64,000 nucleotides of DNA from an uncultured Chloroflexia bacterium (lineage in GTDB: Bacteria > Chloroflexota > Anaerolineae > B4-G1 > SLSP01), in contig CAVVUS010000047.1 of the NCBI GenBank assembly GCA_963751345.1, positions 64,838 through 128,837 on the forward strand, given 5' to 3'. This document shows, piece after piece, positions 50,771 through 60,522 of this stretch. Within the stretch, counting starts at the first letter, position 1, and every line of letters begins with the position of its first letter. A model generated the notes under the pieces. That model was not told where the DNA came from and searched no databases. It saw only the letters and a list, made by a program, of their open reading frames with translations. Made by a program: the position numbers and the translations under genes.

Positions 50771-50826
50771 AGCATAACAGGCAGCGGTTGCGTAAGTCTG
50801 TACAGACTCTTACAGATTCCTTAAAG
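50771..50826 (-). promoter_or_regulatory. Extended -10 plus tandem OmpR-type direct repeats
   Basis: TGtTATGCT at 50771-50779; TACAGA/TACAGA/TAAAGT at 10-11 bp period; palindrome AGTCTGTACAGACT at 50795-50808. Confidence 0.5.
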
Positions 50827-52107
50827 TCGCTCTCCCGGCAACGTGAATCGGAAAGTCGTACCGTTGGTGGAGCGACTCTCCACGGAGATCTCCCCGCCGT
50901 GCGCCTCCACGATACCCCTGGCGATGGCCAGCCCCAGCCCCGCGCCGCCGGTTGCCCTAGATCGCGATCTCTCGCCGCGGAAGAACTGGTCGAAGACGTG
51001 AGGCAGATCGTCGGCCGTGATCCCCTCGCCGGTGTCCTGCACCTCGACGCACGTGACGCCCTCACACGCCAGCGCCTCGATCCGCACGACGCCGCCCGCG
51101 GGCGTATGGCGCAGCGCGTTGTCGACGAGGTTGGCGAGGACGCGTCCGATCTGCCGGGCGTCCATCGTGAGCGGGTCGAGCCCCGAGGCCACGTGCCCTT
51201 CGAGGGCCACCTCCTGCCGTGCGGCCTGGACCGAGAAGGCCTCCAGCGTGTCGGAGATCAGATCGGACAGCGAACTCGCGGCAAGGTCGAGGACCAACCC
51301 GCCCGCGTCGATGCGGGCCATATCGAAGAGGTCGTCGATCAACTGCGAGAGCGACGCGATGTCGTTCTGCACCGTCTCGAGATAACGCCTCTCGGTCGCC
51401 GGATCCTCCACGACACCATCGGCCAATGCCTCGACAATGACCCGCATAGACGAGAGGGGGGTGCGCAGGTCGTGCCCGATCCATGCCACAAGGTCGCGGC
51501 GCATCTGGTCAAGCTCGCGCTGCCGTTGCGCGGCGGCATCGAGCTGGTCGGCCATGTGGTTGAAGTTGCGGGCAAGGTCCCCGACCTCATCCCTGCCGGG
51601 GACTGCCACCCTGGCCGCCAGTTCGCCGGTGGCGAGCGCCTCAGCGGCGCGGTTGAGCGAGACGATGCGATCGGTGATCGAGACCGACAGGAAGTAGCCC
51701 AGCGACGCCGCAATGCCTCCGGCGAAGATCAGGAGCACAGAGGCGAGAATCAGATCGTGCTGGCTAACGAACATAAGGCGTGCCGTGACCCAGACGCCGA
51801 TGAAGGCAAGGGCGTTGGAGAGCACGTAGCCCCCGAGCAAGGCCCAGGTGAGCGATGGTGATCGATAGATGAGGCCCAGACGGTAGGCGCCATAGCCTGC
51901 AGCGAACGCGACCACGGCCGTGATCGAGAGAAAGATGGCCAGGGCCACCAGGTCGCGGATAGGAGGTTGCAGCAGTTGGTAGAAGACGACCAGCGTGATC
52001 ACCGAGATGATCACGACGCCCGCCGCAACCATTAGTGCCAGCCGCCGCCGGTCCGCTAGCGGCCTGCCCTGCATCGCCGTCCCCTCGATCCGGTTAAGTG
52101 GTTTCAT
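50821..52107 (-). CDS. HAMP-containing sensor histidine kinase (HisKA)
   Basis: 4 N-terminal TMs, DEVGDLARNFN, HDLRTPL, NLVDNA, DTGEGI, GAGLGL. Confidence 0.93.
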   Translation of the reverse strand: MKPLNRIEGTAMQGRPLADRRRLALMVAAGVVIISVITLVVFYQLLQPPIRDLVALAIFLSITAVVAFAAGYGAYRLGLIYRSPSLTWALLGGYVLSNALAFIGVWVTARLMFVSQHDLILASVLLIFAGGIAASLGYFLSVSITDRIVSLNRAAEALATGELAARVAVPGRDEVGDLARNFNHMADQLDAAAQRQRELDQMRRDLVAWIGHDLRTPLSSMRVIVEALADGVVEDPATERRYLETVQNDIASLSQLIDDLFDMARIDAGGLVLDLAASSLSDLISDTLEAFSVQAARQEVALEGHVASGLDPLTMDARQIGRVLANLVDNALRHTPAGGVVRIEALACEGVTCVEVQDTGEGITADDLPHVFDQFFRGERSRSRATGGAGLGLAIARGIVEAHGGEISVESRSTNGTTFRFTLPGERL

Positions 52108-52814
52108 GGCTCGAACCTGTATCCGACGCCCCAGACGGTCTGGATGTGTCGAGGGTCGGCGGGATCCGGTTCGACCTTCTCGCGGAGCCTGTGGATGTGG
52201 ACGGTCACGCTGCTCGGATCGATGTACTCGGTCACCCCCCAGACCAGGTCGAGGAGCTGATCGCGGTTGAAGACCTGGCGTGGATGGCTGGCCAACGTCC
52301 ACAGAAGGTCGAACTCCTTGGCCGTAAGCTCGCGCTCCTCATCCTCGACCGTCACCAAGTGCGTCACTGGGTCGATCCGGAGGTCGCCATAGTCAAGCGG
52401 TCGCTCGGCGCCGACGTCCGGGCCGGTCTCACCTTCTGGCGAGGCCTGGGTACGGCGAAGCACCGCCTTGACCCGGCTGACGAGCTCCCTCGGGCTGAAC
52501 GGCTTGACGACGTAGTCATCCGCACCCATCTCCAGCCCCAATACACGATCGGTCTCCTCGCCGCGAGCGGTCAGGATGATGATCGGCGTGTTGCCCTGGG
52601 CGCGGACCGACCGCACGATCTCCAGTCCGTCGACCTTCGGCAGCATCAGGTCCAGTACGATCAGGTTAGGGCCCTGCGTTTCTATGGCTTGCAGCGCCGC
52701 CCCGCCCTCCGATACCTCGACCACGCGGTATCCGGCGCGCTTCAGATAGAGCGTGACCACTTCCCTGATGCTGGGCTCATCGTCGACGACGAGCACGGTT
52801 GCCGGTTCTTTCAT
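52104..52814 (-). CDS. OmpR-family response regulator
   Basis: VVDDE, LDLMLP, GADDYVVKPF, LTAKEFDLL, TVWGVGY. Confidence 0.95.
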   Translation of the reverse strand: MKEPATVLVVDDEPSIREVVTLYLKRAGYRVVEVSEGGAALQAIETQGPNLIVLDLMLPKVDGLEIVRSVRAQGNTPIIILTARGEETDRVLGLEMGADDYVVKPFSPRELVSRVKAVLRRTQASPEGETGPDVGAERPLDYGDLRIDPVTHLVTVEDEERELTAKEFDLLWTLASHPRQVFNRDQLLDLVWGVTEYIDPSSVTVHIHRLREKVEPDPADPRHIQTVWGVGYRFEP

Positions 52815-52818
52815 CTCC

Positions 52819-53535
52819 TCAACCCCCGCTTGGATTGTTGACCAGCGCGTCCGCGCTGCTAAAGTGCATCAGGGCCACCAACATCCAATAGGCGCTCAAC
52901 AGGAACAGAAAGAAGAGGCCGGTGAAGACATACGGCTCGGGATTGGCGAACGGGTGGCGTAGCTGGCTGAGGACGTCAATCAGGAGCCGGCCCGGCTTTG
53001 TAAAGACATCCCAGCTGTTCAGGCGCAGAAAGCGTCCAAGATAGATGCCGAAGCTGCCGACCGCCAGCGTCCCCAGGGCGAAGCCCCAACTGGCGAGGAG
53101 TCCGGCCATCCGGCGGATGACCGATTGCATAAGGAACAGCGAGACAAGGCCCAGGAAGGTCCCTGTCCACGCGAACGAGATCAACAGAATCAGGTCGAAC
53201 CAGACAGGGGCATTGGAAGCACGGAGGTGCATCAGGTCGGTCAGCAGGTAGGGGGCGTTGGGAAAGAAGATCAGCCAGCTGAAGGCCGAGGCGACGAAGA
53301 TGACCGTGCTCAGGCCCCAGTGGCGCCGATACGCGTTATAGGCAGCGAGCGAACTCAGGACCGGGAGCCAGGCCAGGAAGAGATTCCATAGGAGGCCGGC
53401 ATACCCAAAGCCGCGTGTGTAGGCCATGCGCAGCATAAGTAGACCGCCACAGAGCGCCGTGGCGAAGACCAGTGACCCGACTACCCATAGCTGGTGATGA
53501 TACGAGGACGCTTGTGGCTGGCGTTGCGGCATCAT
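52819..53535 (-). CDS. DUF1361 membrane protein
   Basis: WNLFLAWLP, FFPNAPYLLTDLMH, GIYLGRFLRLNSWD. Confidence 0.9.
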   Translation of the reverse strand: MMPQRQPQASSYHHQLWVVGSLVFATALCGGLLMLRMAYTRGFGYAGLLWNLFLAWLPVLSSLAAYNAYRRHWGLSTVIFVASAFSWLIFFPNAPYLLTDLMHLRASNAPVWFDLILLISFAWTGTFLGLVSLFLMQSVIRRMAGLLASWGFALGTLAVGSFGIYLGRFLRLNSWDVFTKPGRLLIDVLSQLRHPFANPEPYVFTGLFFLFLLSAYWMLVALMHFSSADALVNNPSGG

Positions 53536-53628
53536 CCACTCCTTGGGACGTTAGCTGTGCATCAGCGCCATGAATCACACTTGAGACGTCGAGATCGGGC
53601 GTGGCGTTCCCCCGGTTCTGACGTACGG

Positions 53629-54144
53629 CTAGGTTCCCCAGTGACCAAAAGAGATCCGGTAGAGCAGATAGTCGAGCGTATTTCCGCCCAGGTTCCCGAC
53701 CCGGATCACCCGCAGGGCCAGGTCGATGGCCGAGGCCGTATCGGGGCCATAGAGCGTAACCAACCTTGCCCGTGCCTCGGGATCGGGCTCACCGTCGGCC
53801 TCAGCCCAGTGCTGGGCATAGAGCATGGCAGGGCGCTCTTCCGGCGGGCTTGCGTCGAACTCCCCCTGTGTCAGGGACTGGACCTCGTCGGTCGTCAGGC
53901 CCTCGACCAGCGCTTGGCGTGCGTGGTAGTAGGAGCAGTATCGACACGCATTCACCTCTGTGACGACCAGCATCAGACGCTCGCGGAACTGTGATGAGAG
54001 TGTCTCGCCGCGCATCAGCGCCCGCATCTGGTCACGCTGCCGCAGAATGGCGCGAATATCGTTCGCGATCTCTCCTATGCGTCTGTAGTGGCGCCGTTTG
54101 AAGGCGCTGCGTGTCACCACGCTCAATCCACTCTCATGCTGCAT
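53629..54144 (-). CDS. AhpD/carboxymuconolactone decarboxylase family protein
   Basis: RERLMLVVTEVNACRYCSYYH (CxxC-xxx-H). Confidence 0.88.
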   Translation of the reverse strand: MQHESGLSVVTRSAFKRRHYRRIGEIANDIRAILRQRDQMRALMRGETLSSQFRERLMLVVTEVNACRYCSYYHARQALVEGLTTDEVQSLTQGEFDASPPEERPAMLYAQHWAEADGEPDPEARARLVTLYGPDTASAIDLALRVIRVGNLGGNTLDYLLYRISFGHWGT

Positions 54145-54274
54145 CGCAGGTCCACTCTCCTCACTCCCCACCTGGCCTATCACCAGAACAAACTCGCCCC
54201 CAGCAAGGAGCCGCGTGGTTCGCAGTCTGTGCTGGGGGCGTCCACAACCAAACTAGGTCAGCCGTGGGCCCCGA

Positions 54275-54436
54275 TTACTTGTCCTCTTTGGGCAGGAAAC
54301 GGGTAACCTTCGTGCTGCATACCGGGCATGTGCCCTGAGCCATCCTACGCCCATTGGCGGTTTCCTTCACCTCGCCGTCGGTGACTTGCCGCTTCTCTCT
54401 ACACTTGACGCAGTATCCTTCGAACTCCATATTCAT
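54275..54436 (-). CDS. 53-aa zinc-ribbon protein (DUF5679-like); absent from the ORF track
   Basis: MNMEFEGYCVKCREKRQVTDGEVKETANGRRMAQGTCPVCSTKVTRFLPKEDK; AAGGAGG RBS. Confidence 0.88.
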   Translation of the reverse strand: MNMEFEGYCVKCREKRQVTDGEVKETANGRRMAQGTCPVCSTKVTRFLPKEDK

Positions 54437-54708
54437 AGCCTCCTTGGTAATGGTTTGAGAGCCTGATCAGCCCATCGGCAGACATCCCGCGCACGATGGC
54501 CATTCTGGCCGAAGCGTCCCTTGGGCTTATCCCTCAGGGCGTTCGCCGGCACCGGCTACCGCCGGGCCGGCCTCGGATTCTACAACAGTATAATACACCA
54601 TGAATCAGGTTTTGCACAGGTTACCGCATTGCTCTGCGGTAAGTCGGGCTGGACTGATATGAAGCGGGAGTACAATACATCGTGATTCGCGTCTATCACG
54701 GAGGCCCT

Positions 54709-55626
54709 ATGAGACCATCGCTGAAGAAACTGCTGCTCTACACAGTCCTGATCGTGCTCGGGTTGCCGTTGGCGTTGGCGGCCCTCATTGCGGGTATCTT
54801 CAAGCTCGTCAACCGTACCAACGGCACGCTTGTGTCGTCCGGCGAGCGGCGACGTTACCTTCTGTACGTGCCCGAGAGCTATGACTCCGCCGTCCCTGTG
54901 CCGCTCGTCATCAGCCTCCACGGGTTCGCCGAATGGCCCGCCCACCAGCGCGATATCAGCCGCTGGAACGACCTCGCCGACGAGCGCGGCTTCATCGTGG
55001 TCTACCCTATGGGCACACGGTTTCCGCTCCGCTGGCGCACCCACGCCGCGGAGGGTTCGGATGCCGACCGCAAGCGCGACGTCACTTTCATCTCGGACCT
55101 GATCGATACCCTGACTGCGCGCTACAGCATCGACCCGGACGCAATCTATGCCAACGGGCTCTCCAACGGCGGGGGGATGTCCTTTGCGCTGGCATGTGAC
55201 CTCTCCGAACGCATCGCCGCCTTTGGATCCGTCTCCGGTGCCTACTTGTTGCCCTGGGACACGTGCATCCCGTCGCGACCGGTGCCCGCGATCATCTTCC
55301 ACGGCACGGCAGACCGGATCGTGCCCTTCGAGGGCGGGCCGTCGCGCGCCTTCGACATCCCCTTCCCGGCCATCCCGAAATGGGTCGAGACTCTGGCGCA
55401 GCGGAACGGGTGCGATGCGGCGCCGCAGAGCCTGCCGGCGCGCGGCGACGTGCACGGGGTGGCGTATGCCGAGTGCGACGCCGACGTCGTCTTCTATACG
55501 ATTGACAGCGGCGGGCACGCCTGGCCCGGCGGCGGGTCGATGCCAAGGGCCATCGTCGGCCACATCACTCAGGATATTGACGCCACGCGCGTCATGTGGG
55601 AGTTCTTCGCGGCACATCGACGCTAG
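54709..55626 (+). CDS. PHB depolymerase/LpqC-family esterase
   Basis: RRYLLYVP, ISLHG, GLSNGG, FHGTAD, GGHAWPG. Confidence 0.9.
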   Translation: MRPSLKKLLLYTVLIVLGLPLALAALIAGIFKLVNRTNGTLVSSGERRRYLLYVPESYDSAVPVPLVISLHGFAEWPAHQRDISRWNDLADERGFIVVYPMGTRFPLRWRTHAAEGSDADRKRDVTFISDLIDTLTARYSIDPDAIYANGLSNGGGMSFALACDLSERIAAFGSVSGAYLLPWDTCIPSRPVPAIIFHGTADRIVPFEGGPSRAFDIPFPAIPKWVETLAQRNGCDAAPQSLPARGDVHGVAYAECDADVVFYTIDSGGHAWPGGGSMPRAIVGHITQDIDATRVMWEFFAAHRR

Positions 55627-55660
55627 TATGTAGCGCTAACCCTATGACAGGAGGCATCGG

Positions 55661-56665
55661 ATGAAGATTGCGTTGAGCCTTGGCAGGTCGGAGAGGGATC
55701 TTCGATTTGCCCGGCAGCTTGGTCTGGACTATGTGGTGAGTGCCCTTCCGGCCAACCCCAAAGGGTACCTGGAGCTCGATGACCTGCGGCAAGCCCGCGA
55801 GGAGTTCGCGGCTGCCGGGCTCTCGTTCGACGTGATTGAGAATCTGCCGACGCCGCACTACTACAAGGCGATGTTCGGCCTGCCGGGACGCGACGAACAG
55901 ATTGCCCACGTCTGCGAGACGATCCGCAATATGGGCAAAGCAGGCGTCTCGGTCCTGCAGTACCAATGGATGCTGCTGGGCGGCCTACGCACCGAGTACT
56001 GCCCCGTAGGTCGGGGCGGGGCGCGTGTCTCACGCTTCGACTGGGAGGTCGCCGAGCGCTCGCGGATCGCGGCTCTCGACTGGCGCCCAGGGCCGGAGGG
56101 GCTGATTCATACCCCCGACCGGGAGCTGAGCGCCGAGGAGGTATGGGACAACCTGACCCATTTCCTGGAGGGCATTATCCCCACGGCGGAGGAGGCCGGG
56201 GTGAAGATCGCCGCTCATCCGGATGATGCGCCGATCCCATCGTTCATGGGCGTCGCGCGCATCCTGACGAGCCTGGAAGGGCTTCAGCGCCTCATCGATG
56301 CGGTCCCCAGCCCGTGCAACGGCCTCGGCTTCTGCCAGGGAACGATTGCCACGATGGTCGGGGTTGACATGATTGAGGCGATACGCCACTTCGGGCGGCA
56401 GGGCAAGATCTTCTTCGCCCATTTCCGAAACCCGCGGGGCAAGGTGCCCGTCTTCGAGGAGGTTTTCCCCGACGAGGGCGACACCGACATGCTCGCCGCG
56501 GTGCGTGCTTATCAGGAGGTGGGGTTCGACGGCGTCATTCGCGTCGACCATGCTCCAGCCGTCGTCGAGGATACCCACAGTGAACGAACCTTTGCCTACC
56601 AGGTGGGGTACTTCAAGGGCCTGGTCGACGCCATCGATGTCCTTGCTGCCCAAGGAGTGAACTGA
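55661..56665 (+). CDS. uxuA: Mannonate dehydratase family protein
   Basis: AAHPDDAP, GFCQG, AHFRN, DEGDTDM, RVDH, VGYFKG. Confidence 0.88.
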   Translation: MKIALSLGRSERDLRFARQLGLDYVVSALPANPKGYLELDDLRQAREEFAAAGLSFDVIENLPTPHYYKAMFGLPGRDEQIAHVCETIRNMGKAGVSVLQYQWMLLGGLRTEYCPVGRGGARVSRFDWEVAERSRIAALDWRPGPEGLIHTPDRELSAEEVWDNLTHFLEGIIPTAEEAGVKIAAHPDDAPIPSFMGVARILTSLEGLQRLIDAVPSPCNGLGFCQGTIATMVGVDMIEAIRHFGRQGKIFFAHFRNPRGKVPVFEEVFPDEGDTDMLAAVRAYQEVGFDGVIRVDHAPAVVEDTHSERTFAYQVGYFKGLVDAIDVLAAQGVN

Positions 56666-56666
56666 T

Positions 56667-57593
56667 ATGCATCTTGCACTGACGCTGAACCCCTTTGAGG
56701 ACACCGACTTGCTCTATGCCCAGCAGTTGGGCGTGACGTGGATTGTGGGCGACGTCCCCTCCTGGGACGGCGACACTCTGGGCGCAGCGCGCAATCGGGT
56801 GTCGAGAGCGGGGCTGACGCTGGCCTCCCTTGGCTGTTTGCCGACGCCCTTGCTCGCCGAGGCGCTGTCGGGGAGATCCGACGGCGAAGCGGCCCTGGAC
56901 CGGATCTGCGGAATCATCGCCGGCGCCGGTAAGGTGGGCATCCCGGCCTTAGGCTATCGTTGGCCGGTGCCAGGCCTGGAGACGGCCGCGGCCAAGCATC
57001 CGGGACGCGGCCAATCTGTGAGCACGATCCATTCGGTGCGCGACGGGGGCCCAACCGGGAACGGAGAGGCTCGCGAGCGCCAGTGGGAAGCCCTGACTCG
57101 GTTCCTCACGCGTGTCATGCCCGCGGCCCGGGATGCCGGCGTGCGTCTTGTCTACCGGACGGATCTCGCCATTGCGTCGCTGCCCGAAGACGCGCGCATC
57201 CTCGACAGCGTGGCCGAGCTGGATCGCCTGATCGAGACAGCGGGAAGCTCAAGCCACGGACTCGACCTCGACCACGGTTTTGTGACGCGGGTGCTCGCGG
57301 CGCCGACCGATCCGGGTGGCACGGAGCCGATTCAGCACTTCGGGCGGCGGGAGGCGATCTTCGCCGTTCGCGTACGCAATCTGCGTCGCGTCGATGGTGG
57401 CGCTGAGGAGCACTACCTGGATGAGGACAGGGCCGCTCTCGTGGCGGCGCTGCAGGCCTACCGGGGCGTTGGGTTCAAGGGCGCGCTCTGCCCGATCCCC
57501 TCGCCCGAGATGACCGACGACACCGAGTGGCGCCACAAAGGCGCTGCGTTCGACATCGGCTATCTCCGGGCGCTGCTGCAGGCGCTCGGCTAG
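56667..57593 (+). CDS. Degenerate UxuA-like paralog
   Basis: Same layout (QQLG, GIPALGY, WEALTRFL, HFG, IGYLRALL) but metal/catalytic His and Cys replaced. Confidence 0.75.
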   Translation: MHLALTLNPFEDTDLLYAQQLGVTWIVGDVPSWDGDTLGAARNRVSRAGLTLASLGCLPTPLLAEALSGRSDGEAALDRICGIIAGAGKVGIPALGYRWPVPGLETAAAKHPGRGQSVSTIHSVRDGGPTGNGEARERQWEALTRFLTRVMPAARDAGVRLVYRTDLAIASLPEDARILDSVAELDRLIETAGSSSHGLDLDHGFVTRVLAAPTDPGGTEPIQHFGRREAIFAVRVRNLRRVDGGAEEHYLDEDRAALVAALQAYRGVGFKGALCPIPSPEMTDDTEWRHKGAAFDIGYLRALLQALG

Positions 57594-59617
57594 GCATTCG
57601 GCTGGACCTCCGCGACGACGAGGTGCATGTGCCACGGCGGGATGCGGGGGAGGATGAAGCGCCGGTAGGCTGTGGCGACAGGCTGTGGGCCGTATACCTG
57701 GGTCGCGCCACACTGCATATCGTAGACCGAGGCGCTACCGGCCTCCGTTCGCAGCAGCAACTCGATGCCCTCGGCGGGGTCGAGGCTGGCGTTCAGGAGA
57801 GCTACGGCGACCCGCCCAGTACCGGGACGCCGAACCCAGAGATTGATCCTATGGAAGGAGCTCACATACGCGTCGAGGGTGTCCCCCGAGAGCCAGCGGA
57901 AGATGGCCTTGATCTGCTGCGCCTTTGAGAGGCTCTGGAGATAGGTCCACGGGTAATAGCCGGCGACGAAGACCCGCCCCCCGAGTGCGTTCTCGAAGGT
58001 GCCGCTGCAGCAGGGGCCGACCTCCTTCCCGGCGTAGTCGACGATGCGTGAGAGTGACTGCGCGGCCCCATCCGTCGCCTGGAGGACCGCCGCGGGCACC
58101 AGCCATCCGAGAAACGACTGCCGGCAGTCTCGTAGTCGACCGGCATAGGCACCGTTGAGTGGATGGTCGCAGAACTGCTCGATCGCATCCTCCCGGACGA
58201 AGCGCTCGACCTGGAAGCCGGTCAGCGCGCCGTACCCCATCTCATTCAGACGGGTTAGGGCCTGGGGATCCAGATAGACGCCCGAGGAGAGGACGCGCCG
58301 GATCTCGGCGTCGGAAAGGGCCAGCGGGAGATCGCCCGCGAGCGCCGTGACCGAGGCGTGCTCGAGGCTGTACGCGGCGGGAATGCCTAGCTGGAGGATC
58401 TCGTGGGCCGGGGCGCTCGTGATGCCGCCGCGAAACCAGTCGGACTCGGCGCCGTGAGCTATGTAGCTGTCCCCGGTCCAGCCGGTGTAGACGCCCGTCG
58501 GGCTCGATCGACCCAGGGTGTGAGCCATCAGATCGAGGAAAGGGCGGGCCCGTCTGAGGCCGGCGACGAGCGGCTCATACTCGTTCAGCGGCTCGTCATA
58601 CATCGATAGCACGTTGAACGCCGCGCCGGTGCATCCGGCGGCGATGTGCGAGGCCGCCTCAAGGGCCGTCGTGCGCGCAGCCTTCTTCAAGCGCTGGTAG
58701 GGGAAGTTCTCGATCTCGGACTGAATCGCAACCACGGCATCGGGCAACTGCGACACCTGGCGCCCGATGTCGTGGGATTTCTCCACCAGGCCGTCGAGCT
58801 TTTCGTCCGCGTAGAACCCTCCACCTGGGCGCCACATTACCTCGACGTTCCGGGGCCCCGCCAGCGCCTCTGCCCACGACGCGAAGTCGTAGCCCTCATA
58901 GAAGCGGTCGCCGGTCATGAAGCCCAGGGATATGTCGGGCCGAACGGTGTGAACCGTGGCCTCGATCAGCCTAAAGAGTCCGGTCAGCGTCCGGCGGTTG
59001 TGATCGAGCCACGCGCGTCGCAGCGCCAGCTTCTCGTCCAATGACGACTGGTTCAGGGCCTGCCATAGCGCCGCCCGCGAGTACGCGCCACCGTTTTCCT
59101 CTGCGAAAAGCGCCAGGCACCGGTCGCAGAAGCAGCCGGCGGGAATGGGCATGTGCCCGAGGAGGCGGACATCGTCATCGATCCAGATGAACTCCGGCCC
59201 CGCGTCAGCGACCAGCTTGTACAGCGGCGCGACATATGCCTGCCTGAAGCGCTCGTCGTTGGGGCAGTACGAGCCGAGGCACTGCCGGCCGTCCGGTGCG
59301 GTCATCCGCGTGTAGTCGCCGCCAAGCGAGTTGGCCAGGTTCTCGTTGTGATGGCCAATGGTAGCCAGGACGTTGATCCCCGCGCGGTAGCCATGGCGCC
59401 GCGCCTCGTCCATCCGTTTGCCCAGAACTTCCGCCCGCTCTCGGATGGTGGTCAGGGGTAGAGGCGCGTGGGTCTCGGAAGTGAAGAACGCGAGTTCGTC
59501 GGTCACGCCCGGATGACGGCCAAACAGGTCCAGCAGCTCGACGAAACGCGCCTCGGGCAGCCATTGCGGCGTCCCGATGCGGAACGAGACAGAGGCTTTG
59601 TCGATCGACCGGCTCAT
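57590..59617 (-). CDS. Uncharacterised glycoside hydrolase-like protein (TIM barrel plus GH42-trimerisation-like domain)
   Basis: YCPND, IWIDDDVR, GCFCDRC, SEIENFPY, FENALGGRV. Confidence 0.6.
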   Translation of the reverse strand: MSRSIDKASVSFRIGTPQWLPEARFVELLDLFGRHPGVTDELAFFTSETHAPLPLTTIRERAEVLGKRMDEARRHGYRAGINVLATIGHHNENLANSLGGDYTRMTAPDGRQCLGSYCPNDERFRQAYVAPLYKLVADAGPEFIWIDDDVRLLGHMPIPAGCFCDRCLALFAEENGGAYSRAALWQALNQSSLDEKLALRRAWLDHNRRTLTGLFRLIEATVHTVRPDISLGFMTGDRFYEGYDFASWAEALAGPRNVEVMWRPGGGFYADEKLDGLVEKSHDIGRQVSQLPDAVVAIQSEIENFPYQRLKKAARTTALEAASHIAAGCTGAAFNVLSMYDEPLNEYEPLVAGLRRARPFLDLMAHTLGRSSPTGVYTGWTGDSYIAHGAESDWFRGGITSAPAHEILQLGIPAAYSLEHASVTALAGDLPLALSDAEIRRVLSSGVYLDPQALTRLNEMGYGALTGFQVERFVREDAIEQFCDHPLNGAYAGRLRDCRQSFLGWLVPAAVLQATDGAAQSLSRIVDYAGKEVGPCCSGTFENALGGRVFVAGYYPWTYLQSLSKAQQIKAIFRWLSGDTLDAYVSSFHRINLWVRRPGTGRVAVALLNASLDPAEGIELLLRTEAGSASVYDMQCGATQVYGPQPVATAYRRFILPRIPPWHMHLVVAEVQPNA

Positions 59618-60438
59618 GGTTGTCGGTGAAACAGCGCGCAGCGCATCGACACCGTGCCGAAGACGATGTCGGTGGAGAAGAAGGTCAGGCGATCCTCGGG
59701 CAGGCGTGCGCCGATCACATACATCAGGGGTAGATAATGATCGTTGGTCGGCACCGACATCCGCGCCATCTCCCCAAGCCCTTCGTAGTCGATCAGGTGT
59801 TCGTCGTCACCTGCCTCCAGTAGTTCGGCGACCTTTGCGTCGAAGGCCGTGGCCCACGGTGCGGCGCCGCTTGCGGCCGGATCAGCCCGTCCAAGGTTGT
59901 GGACGATGTTGCCGCTGCCTATGACCAGCACACCGTCGCGCCGGAGAGCGGCGAGTTCACCGCCCAGTGTATAGTGAAACGAGGCGGGGCGCGTCTGGTC
60001 GATGCTCAACTGGAGGACGGGGATATCCGCCGCGGGGTACATATTCGCCAACACCGACCAAGTGCCGTGGTCCAGCCCCCAGTGGTCATCCGGGATCACG
60101 GGCACAATGGTAATGGCATCGGCAATGGTCCGCGCAAGGGCCGGATCGCCCGGGGCGGGATAGTGAAACTCGTGGAGCCGGCGTGGGAAGCCCCAGAAAT
60201 CGTGAATCGTGGGCGGCACGTCCATTGCTGTGATCCCCGTACCGCGCGTCAGCCAGTGCGCCGAGACCGACAGAATCGCGCGTGGTCTGGGGAGACGTTC
60301 GCCGAGCGCCCGCCACGCCCGGCTGAAGGCGTTGTCCTCAATGGCATTCATCGGTGAGCCATGGCCTACGAACAGCACCGGCATCACGTCGCCGGCAAAC
60401 TCCAATGACGCAAACGTGCTATCCACTCCTGCTTCCAT
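59614..60438 (-). CDS. ygiD: 4,5-DOPA extradiol dioxygenase
   Basis: FVGHGSPMNA, SAHW, IHDF, GLDHGTW, SGNIVHNL, PTNDHYLP. Confidence 0.92.
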   Translation of the reverse strand: MEAGVDSTFASLEFAGDVMPVLFVGHGSPMNAIEDNAFSRAWRALGERLPRPRAILSVSAHWLTRGTGITAMDVPPTIHDFWGFPRRLHEFHYPAPGDPALARTIADAITIVPVIPDDHWGLDHGTWSVLANMYPAADIPVLQLSIDQTRPASFHYTLGGELAALRRDGVLVIGSGNIVHNLGRADPAASGAAPWATAFDAKVAELLEAGDDEHLIDYEGLGEMARMSVPTNDHYLPLMYVIGARLPEDRLTFFSTDIVFGTVSMRCALFHRQP

Positions 60439-60522
60439 TCCCGCCCTCCCTTTCGTATTCCCAACCGCCAGCCGGGTTACCAGCCCGGCCTACGTCAGAT
60501 TCCGCGCGTCCGCCGCTATCCC

